A DNA stretch of 64,000 nucleotides from Octopus vulgaris (taxonomy: Eukaryota): contig OX597825.1 in assembly GCA_951406725.2 (NCBI GenBank), positions 27,404,001 through 27,468,000 on the forward strand, in the 5' to 3' direction. The notes beneath the pieces are model-generated. The model was not told the DNA's origin. It searched no databases and saw only the letters and a program-made list of their open reading frames with translations. Shown piece by piece: positions 57,816-64,000 of the stretch (positions within the stretch are counted from its first letter, which is position 1; each line of letters starts with the position of its first letter). The position numbers and the translations under genes were made by a program.

Positions 57816-58145
57816 CGAAAGAAGACTCTAATGAGACGCAAAATTAAATATATATATATATATATGTATATATAAATTAATAAATTTAAATTAATAAATA
57901 AACACTTCGATAAACTGAGATGTGTTTTCTCTTCGAACGCATCACCGGCGCAACAACAACAACAACCTCAACAACAACAAACTCAGCGGCAACAACAACA
58001 ACAACAGCTACAGCAACAACAACAACTTCAGCAGCAACAACCTCAGCGGCAACAACAACAACAACCTCAACAACAAACTCAGCGGCAACAACAACAACAG
58101 ATACAGCAACAACAACAGGATGAACCACTCCTCGATTCATCTACA

Positions 58146-58946
58146 ATGGCCGATTTGCTAAACGAAACGATTGACCCCCCAGTCATCAGGGTCACACAGC
58201 AGGAAGCACGACCTCTTCCTTTCACTGCCCCAGCAGCTCAATCATCATCATTGTCAACACCATCTCCTCTGCTTACTACTACTAGTACAACTCCAACTAT
58301 GTATCGACAAACATCTTTGTCTTGGAATCGACCTCCTCAATCATTACCACTGTCAACATCTCTTCTACCTACTACTACTACTACAACTACTACTACTAAT
58401 GCTATCTCAAGGAATTTACCTCCTACAGGTCACAAAGGTCGCCAAAACTTCAACAAACTATCATCTACACCTTTCACAACTCACACACACACACGCACCT
58501 ACACACCCACTCGAAACCCCATCATTTGCCGATATTCTCTTCGCCATAGACTGTGCACTGATAGAGACTGCAAATTCACCCATTTACCTGGAACAAAACG
58601 CTCTATCCCCACAAACTACAACAGCAACCACCATAATACAATACCACCACAACCACCAATATCTCAAACAAGGAATCCCCAAATCTGCCGCTATTCCCAG
58701 CGAGACAGATTGTGTCTGCACAGGGATTGCCCCTTTACCCATCTCCCAGGGACTCGTCGGACATTTAAAGATAACCACTCACATAAAAATAGCCGCAGCC
58801 ACAGTCACCTGCGGTTCCCTATACAGGAAACCACCTCTTCTTCCTCTTTTTTAGCTATGATGAATCTAGCAAAAGAACTGGAAAAAAACATCCGAGCATT
58901 CACCCACCACCATCCACCACAAATACCCCACTGCACATGCCATTAA
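58146..58946 (+). CDS. LINE ORF1 protein with two CCCH zinc fingers (frame open upstream to 57876, including polyQ)
   Basis: CRYSLRHRLCTDRDCKFTH (58527-58583) and CRYSQRDRLCLHRDCPFTH (58686-58742), with Thr/Pro/Ser-rich linkers. Confidence 0.8.
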   Translation: MADLLNETIDPPVIRVTQQEARPLPFTAPAAQSSSLSTPSPLLTTTSTTPTMYRQTSLSWNRPPQSLPLSTSLLPTTTTTTTTTNAISRNLPPTGHKGRQNFNKLSSTPFTTHTHTRTYTPTRNPIICRYSLRHRLCTDRDCKFTHLPGTKRSIPTNYNSNHHNTIPPQPPISQTRNPQICRYSQRDRLCLHRDCPFTHLPGTRRTFKDNHSHKNSRSHSHLRFPIQETTSSSSFLAMMNLAKELEKNIRAFTHHHPPQIPHCTCH

Positions 58947-61900
58947 AAAGCAATCAAATAAACAAATCACCAAAAGAATTAAAACCATCCACTCTCGCCT
59001 CAACATTTCTGCTTAATGCCCAAGGCATCAGCCCTTCCACCAATACACAAAAATGGAAGATAAGATTCCTGGAGGACTGGGTCGAGCCCCATCCAAACCA
59101 CAGCCCTTTCTTCGTCCTCACTGAAACCCATCTTAGTGACCTCCACTTGGAAGCCGAGGTCAAAGTTAAAAATTTCAAAACCATTCGTGCTAATCGTGCT
59201 GGCAGAAGAAAGGGTGGGACTGCCATTTATGTCCATGATTCATTCTCAACAGAAGCCATGAACATATTTTCGAATGGATACTGCGAAGCAGTTGCTGTAT
59301 TCAGTCAAACCAACAACTTAACAGTAGTTGGGCTCTACAGACCACCCCAAACGCCCCTACCATGCTTCAAGGAATGCCTCAACAGCATAAAGTGTTTCAT
59401 TCAGCAGTGTCAACCTGACAACATTTTAATGATGGGAGACTTCAACCTTCCCGGGGTTGACTGGTCTACAAACAGTCTGCCGCCAGGTTCTTCTCTCTCA
59501 ACCCCTGACAGGGAGGCAGTGGAATCGCTTCTTGACTTCATGGATGACTTTTTCTTGTCCCAACTGGTACTCGAACCAACGAGATGTCACAAAAACGTCT
59601 TAGACTTAATTTTTAGCAATCACACTGATACTATCCACAATATTGCAGTGGAGAAAACCCTACTCTCCGACCATGACATGGTTCTCTGTGATCTGAGATT
59701 TCACTGGCCAAAATGCAAAACAAATGTCATCCCTCCTGTTCATCCATTTGACACTATGGATTTCCACAATGCAAACTGGGAAGCGATCAATAATGATCTT
59801 GCACAAGTCGATTGGTCCTTCACGCACACATACACACCCACTAACATTAAAAAGTCCTGGCAGTCACTTGTAGACATCATCACGAACATATGTGCAAGAC
59901 ACACCCCATTAAGATCTGCAAACAAATCTAAGTATCGAATCCCTAGAAATAGAAAATCTCTCATAAGGAAAATTAAAAGAATCAACAAAAAGATCATCAT
60001 GCTGAAATACTGTCAACAGCAACACACCAACCTGACTGCCATCTCGTCGCTAGAGATTAAAAAACATAAACTCCAAAACAACATGATGTCTATCATCAAT
60101 AGTCAGCGAAGAGCTGAAGAGGCCTGGGCCATTGAGAAGATCAAACTCAATCCCAAAGTGTTCTTTTCATTTGCAAAAAAACAGAGAGTCACTGGTTCTA
60201 CTGTTGGCCCTCTGATTGATGAAAATGGTACTCTTCAAGACAATGCCAAAACCATGGGAGAGATATTGCAGAAACAATATTGCTCTGTTTTCAGCAATCC
60301 TGATATGACTGATCTGGGCTGTATCAGTGATGTTACTCCCCAATACACTTTATCGGACATAACATTTGACGCTCCTGATGTCTTAGCAGCAATAAAGGAA
60401 ATGAAGCATAATTCGGCAGTAGGTCCCGATAGGTTCCCTGCTTGTGTCTTGAAGATGTGTCAAAACCAACTTGCACCCCCTCTAGCCAATCTGTGGCGGA
60501 ACTCACTGGATGCTGGATATATACCAGAGGACCTTCTATCCCAGTCTGTTGTCCCAGTTTTCAAAGGAAACAAATCGCTTGCCGTGAATTACCGTCCAAT
60601 CTCACTCACCTCTCATATCATCAAGGTATTTGAGAGGGTGCTGAGATCGCGTATGACTCACTTCCTTGAGAGGCATAATATGCTGAACCCCAACCAGCAT
60701 GGATTCCGTAATGGGAGAGATTGCCTGACGCAGCTACTGCATCATTTTGATGACATTTTGAGAGCCTTGGGAGAAGGTTCCAACACTGATGTCATCTACC
60801 TTGATTTCAGCAAGGCCTTTGACAGGGTTGATCATAAGATCCTTCTGAGAAAGCTGTCCAATATTGGTGTCACTGGAAAGTTGCTGCAGTGGATCAAGTG
60901 CTTCCTGTCTAACAGAACCCAACATGTGGTAGTCGAAGGAGTCAAATCCAGCCCAGCCAAAGTCAGCAGTGGTGTCCCACAAGGCACTGTGTTGGGCCCA
61001 CTTCTCTTCATCATCTACATAAATGATATTACTGATACCATCAAACACAGTAACATCAGAACCTTCGCTGATGACTCCAAGCTCCAGAAGGTCATCAATG
61101 GCGTGGATGACCGAATAAACCTTCAGTCAGACTTACTGGCTGTTGTCCAATGGGCGGAAAAGAATAACATGTTGCTAAATGAAGACAAATTTGAACTGAT
61201 CCACTTTGGAAGGGAGGACGCTCTGAAACGCCCATACTCTCTTCCTTCTGGAGAAATTCTCATGGCATCCAACAACATCAGAGACCTGGGAGTAACAGTG
61301 GACAACAACATATGCTGGGCTACACATATAAGCAGCAAAGTTGACATGGCCCGCAGAATGTGTTCCTGGATTCTCAGAACCTTCCAGTCGAGAGATTCCC
61401 ACGCTATTATCCTTCTCTTCTCCACTTTTGCCCGACCCCACCTTGAATACTGCTGTCCACTGTGGTCTCCCTACACAAAACAAAATATTATGAGAATTGA
61501 AGCTCCCCAAAGGTCAATCACAAAAAAGATAGATGGCATGTCAGACCTTGACTACTGGGGTAGACTAGAGAAGCTGAAATTGTATTCACTCCAACGACGC
61601 CGTGAATGCTACATTATCTGTATGATGTGGAAAATATTCCACCAGCACTGTCCAAATGATGTTGGCATCACCTTCAAAATGCATCCAAGGCTTGTACCAC
61701 GTGCCATCCGTCCACAACAAAAATCTAAATCGCATCACATAACGACAATACGGTACAACTATTTCACCTCAATTGGACCTGCTCTCTTCAACATTACACC
61801 AGGGCACGTCAAAAAAGAAACTGACCACACAAAATTCAAGAAGTCTTTGGACAAATTCCTTCAAACAGTACCGGACAAACCACCCACACCCGGATATGTC

Positions 61901-61951
61901 TCCGCAAACAATAACTCTCTGCTCGAATGGGCCTTGGTGCCCAAATCCTGA
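58937..61951 (+). CDS. LINE ORF2: APE endonuclease + reverse transcriptase (1004 aa)
   Basis: APE motifs LLNAQG, LTETHL, GGTAIYV, YRPP, GDFNLP, LDLIF, SDH. RT motifs GPD, YRPISLTS, QHGFR, DFSKAFD, GVPQGTVLGPLLF, FADD, DLGV. CR1-like C-terminus LEYCCPLWSP, LYSLQRRR, FKKSLDKFL. Confidence 0.97.
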   Translation: MPLKSNQINKSPKELKPSTLASTFLLNAQGISPSTNTQKWKIRFLEDWVEPHPNHSPFFVLTETHLSDLHLEAEVKVKNFKTIRANRAGRRKGGTAIYVHDSFSTEAMNIFSNGYCEAVAVFSQTNNLTVVGLYRPPQTPLPCFKECLNSIKCFIQQCQPDNILMMGDFNLPGVDWSTNSLPPGSSLSTPDREAVESLLDFMDDFFLSQLVLEPTRCHKNVLDLIFSNHTDTIHNIAVEKTLLSDHDMVLCDLRFHWPKCKTNVIPPVHPFDTMDFHNANWEAINNDLAQVDWSFTHTYTPTNIKKSWQSLVDIITNICARHTPLRSANKSKYRIPRNRKSLIRKIKRINKKIIMLKYCQQQHTNLTAISSLEIKKHKLQNNMMSIINSQRRAEEAWAIEKIKLNPKVFFSFAKKQRVTGSTVGPLIDENGTLQDNAKTMGEILQKQYCSVFSNPDMTDLGCISDVTPQYTLSDITFDAPDVLAAIKEMKHNSAVGPDRFPACVLKMCQNQLAPPLANLWRNSLDAGYIPEDLLSQSVVPVFKGNKSLAVNYRPISLTSHIIKVFERVLRSRMTHFLERHNMLNPNQHGFRNGRDCLTQLLHHFDDILRALGEGSNTDVIYLDFSKAFDRVDHKILLRKLSNIGVTGKLLQWIKCFLSNRTQHVVVEGVKSSPAKVSSGVPQGTVLGPLLFIIYINDITDTIKHSNIRTFADDSKLQKVINGVDDRINLQSDLLAVVQWAEKNNMLLNEDKFELIHFGREDALKRPYSLPSGEILMASNNIRDLGVTVDNNICWATHISSKVDMARRMCSWILRTFQSRDSHAIILLFSTFARPHLEYCCPLWSPYTKQNIMRIEAPQRSITKKIDGMSDLDYWGRLEKLKLYSLQRRRECYIICMMWKIFHQHCPNDVGITFKMHPRLVPRAIRPQQKSKSHHITTIRYNYFTSIGPALFNITPGHVKKETDHTKFKKSLDKFLQTVPDKPPTPGYVSANNNSLLEWALVPKS

Positions 61952-62035
61952 ACTGAAAGACTTCACCAGGTGGTGCTATTAAGTTAGACATGGCCTGGGC
62001 CAATACTGGCCAAAACCTTTCTAAGTTATTCTAAG

Positions 62036-62089
<54 letters not shown>

Positions 62090-62092
<3 letters not shown>

Positions 62093-62510
62093 CGCAGGAG
62101 TGGCTGTGTGGTAAGTAGCTTGTCTATCAATCACATGGTTCCGGGTTCAGTCCCACTGCGTGGCACCTTGGACACGTGTCTTCTACTATAGCCTCGGGTC
62201 GACCAAAACCTTGTGAGTGGATTTTGTAGACAGAAACTGAAAGAAGCCTGTCGTATACATGTGTGTATATATATGCGTGTGTGTGTTTGTGTGTCTGTGT
62301 TTGTCCCCCTAGCATTGCTTGACAACTGATGCTGGTGTGTTTATGTCCCCGTTACTTAGCTGTTCGGCAAAAAAGACCGACAGAATAAGTACTGGGCTTA
62401 CAAAAGAATAAGTCCCGGGATCGAGTTGCTCGATTAAAGGCGGTGCTCCAGAATGGCCGCAGTGAAATGACTGAAACAAGTAAAAGAGTAAAGAGAGAGA
62501 GTAAAAGAGT
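62090..62510 (+). mobile_element. SINE family B, full length
   Basis: Same head, CORE and tail as 6914 and 49803. Confidence 0.92.
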
Positions 62511-63501
62511 TATATATGTATAACGAAAGAAAATTGAAGAAGTATATGGACAACGGTACGTTCTACACATCAATACTGGACCTGTAAAAGGGAGAGTAAC
62601 TCCATACAGAGAGGTGAGCCCTTGGGCAAGTGCTAGCAACCCCTAACCCTCTCTTCCGGTCGTCCGGTTACTGGGTTGATAGAATGTCGTTGGAGAACTG
62701 ACAGTGTTGAAGTCGTAGAAAAATGCCTTGCAGCTTATTACGGCCCAGCGGAATTTCTGTAACATCAGAAAGCGGTTGTGTGTCAATCAGCAAATGAGGT
62801 GCTACTGTGGGACAACCTAGTCGTCGACCATGCTCACTGACATTTGATGTGGAGGCCCAGTGATGCAGATTGCTGGGGACACAAAATCCGCTGCATTACC
62901 GTCCAAAGTCATTTTGTCCGGAGATTGGGAAAGAATAGTTAGCGCTCTCTGATATATATATATATATATATATATAATGATTAAAGGAAACCATATCATA
63001 TTTTGGTGTGTGTGTGTGTATAAAGACTTAACATCATATAAGATAATCCTACGATTTTAATAGTAAATCGAATCGAATTTATCGGTGTTTGATATTTGTT
63101 TAATCGTCTTTCGAACAAGGAAAAAAGATATTACTGAAATATTACCACTGCATCACTTGAGCGCTATATTAAAGGTCGATATATAAAACACTTTTATATT
63201 GGGTGATATAAAACGAAAAGAACTAAGATGTGGTACTGGTAAACAGAAAAACATTTCTATTCCATAACAGACTTCGTACTCATTAAGTGGAATAGTTAAT
63301 AAGTTGCCGCCGGTAGGATGTAGAATAGTTAAGAATAAAAAAAAATACAATCAAATGAACTTGTCACATCGTAAAATGTTTGAATATACAATGAAAATAA
63401 ACAATATTTTAAAATATCATCAAAGCCAATGAATAATTGTATAAACTCTGGAAAACAACACGTTCAGGCATACAAATCACAGATATCAGTATATATCAGA
63501 A

Positions 63502-63537
<36 letters not shown>

Positions 63538-63937
63538 TGTATGTGTTTGTCTGTGAGTGTATGTATATATTTATGTGTATATTTATGTATGTATGAATAT
63601 GAGTATCAGGTGTCTACGAGTACGTATGTGATAAGAATATATGCATATATTAACGCCTGCATATGTACAAGTGTGTACGTATCTGTTTATCAATGTATAC
63701 GCTTCTACTTTTTGTACGTATGAGTATGTGTGTTTGTGTATGTGTGTGCGTGTTCTTGTGTGTGTGTGTGTGTGTGTGCGTGTGTGTGTGTGTGTGTGTG
63801 TACACGAGGCGTGTTTATGTAGTTTGTTTCTTTTTTAAGGAAATCTGATAAAATTGTCACAACTTATATTCTGTTTAATTCTCTTCAGAAATATTTTAAA
63901 TAACACAACTTGACATTTATTATGAGATGAGATAAAC

Positions 63938-63970
<33 letters not shown>

Positions 63971-64000
63971 TAATAGGCATGATAAAAAAATATTCAGACA

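Larger units (their letters stand above)
57876..62038 (+). mobile_element. CR1-group LINE, 5'-truncated, coding-intact, flanked by (TA)n
   Basis: Two overlapping ORFs and a short 3' UTR with stem-loop GGCCA-ATAC-TGGCC and terminal tandem repeat (TTCTAAGTTA)x2. Confidence 0.92.

Noticed and set aside
57920-58161. Poly-Thr and poly-Asn ORFs upstream of ORF1
   Set aside because: Alternative frames of the CAA repeat. The frame continuous with ORF1 is the polyQ one.
58171-61982. Overlapping and antisense ORFs within the LINE
   Set aside because: Shadow frames of ORF1/ORF2 with no recognisable motifs.

Overview
AT-rich eukaryotic (metazoan) non-coding DNA packed with microsatellites and transposable elements. 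The repeat landscape resembles an octopod cephalopod genome; this is inferred, not verified. No host protein-coding exon could be supported, and almost all short ORFs in the track are microsatellite translations. The only intact coding unit is a 5'-truncated CR1-group LINE at ~57.9-62.0 kb. Its ORF1 has a polyQ tract and two C-X8-C-X4-C-X3-H zinc fingers, ORF2 is an uninterrupted 1004-aa APE-endonuclease/RT, and two in-phase -1 slippery heptamers lie in the region where both frames are open. Decayed elements include Penelope-like (GIY-YIG and RT) pieces with several minimal hammerhead-ribozyme motifs, HERO-like and R4/Dong-like RLE retrotransposons, three Tc1/mariner transposase relics, a Merlin-like MITE, a Helitron-like element, three tRNA-derived SINE families, several long foldbacks and a 4 x ~219-bp tandem repeat. 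Best leads: (1) a Penelope terminal unit built as tRNA-like head + (AAT)n + hammerhead, also present solo; (2) possible programmed -1 frameshifting in the LINE; (3) a SINE 3' tail matching the LINE 3' stem-loop with compensatory changes; (4) recurrent SINE-in-SINE junctions at one position. All calls were made by eye, and boundaries of decayed elements are approximate.
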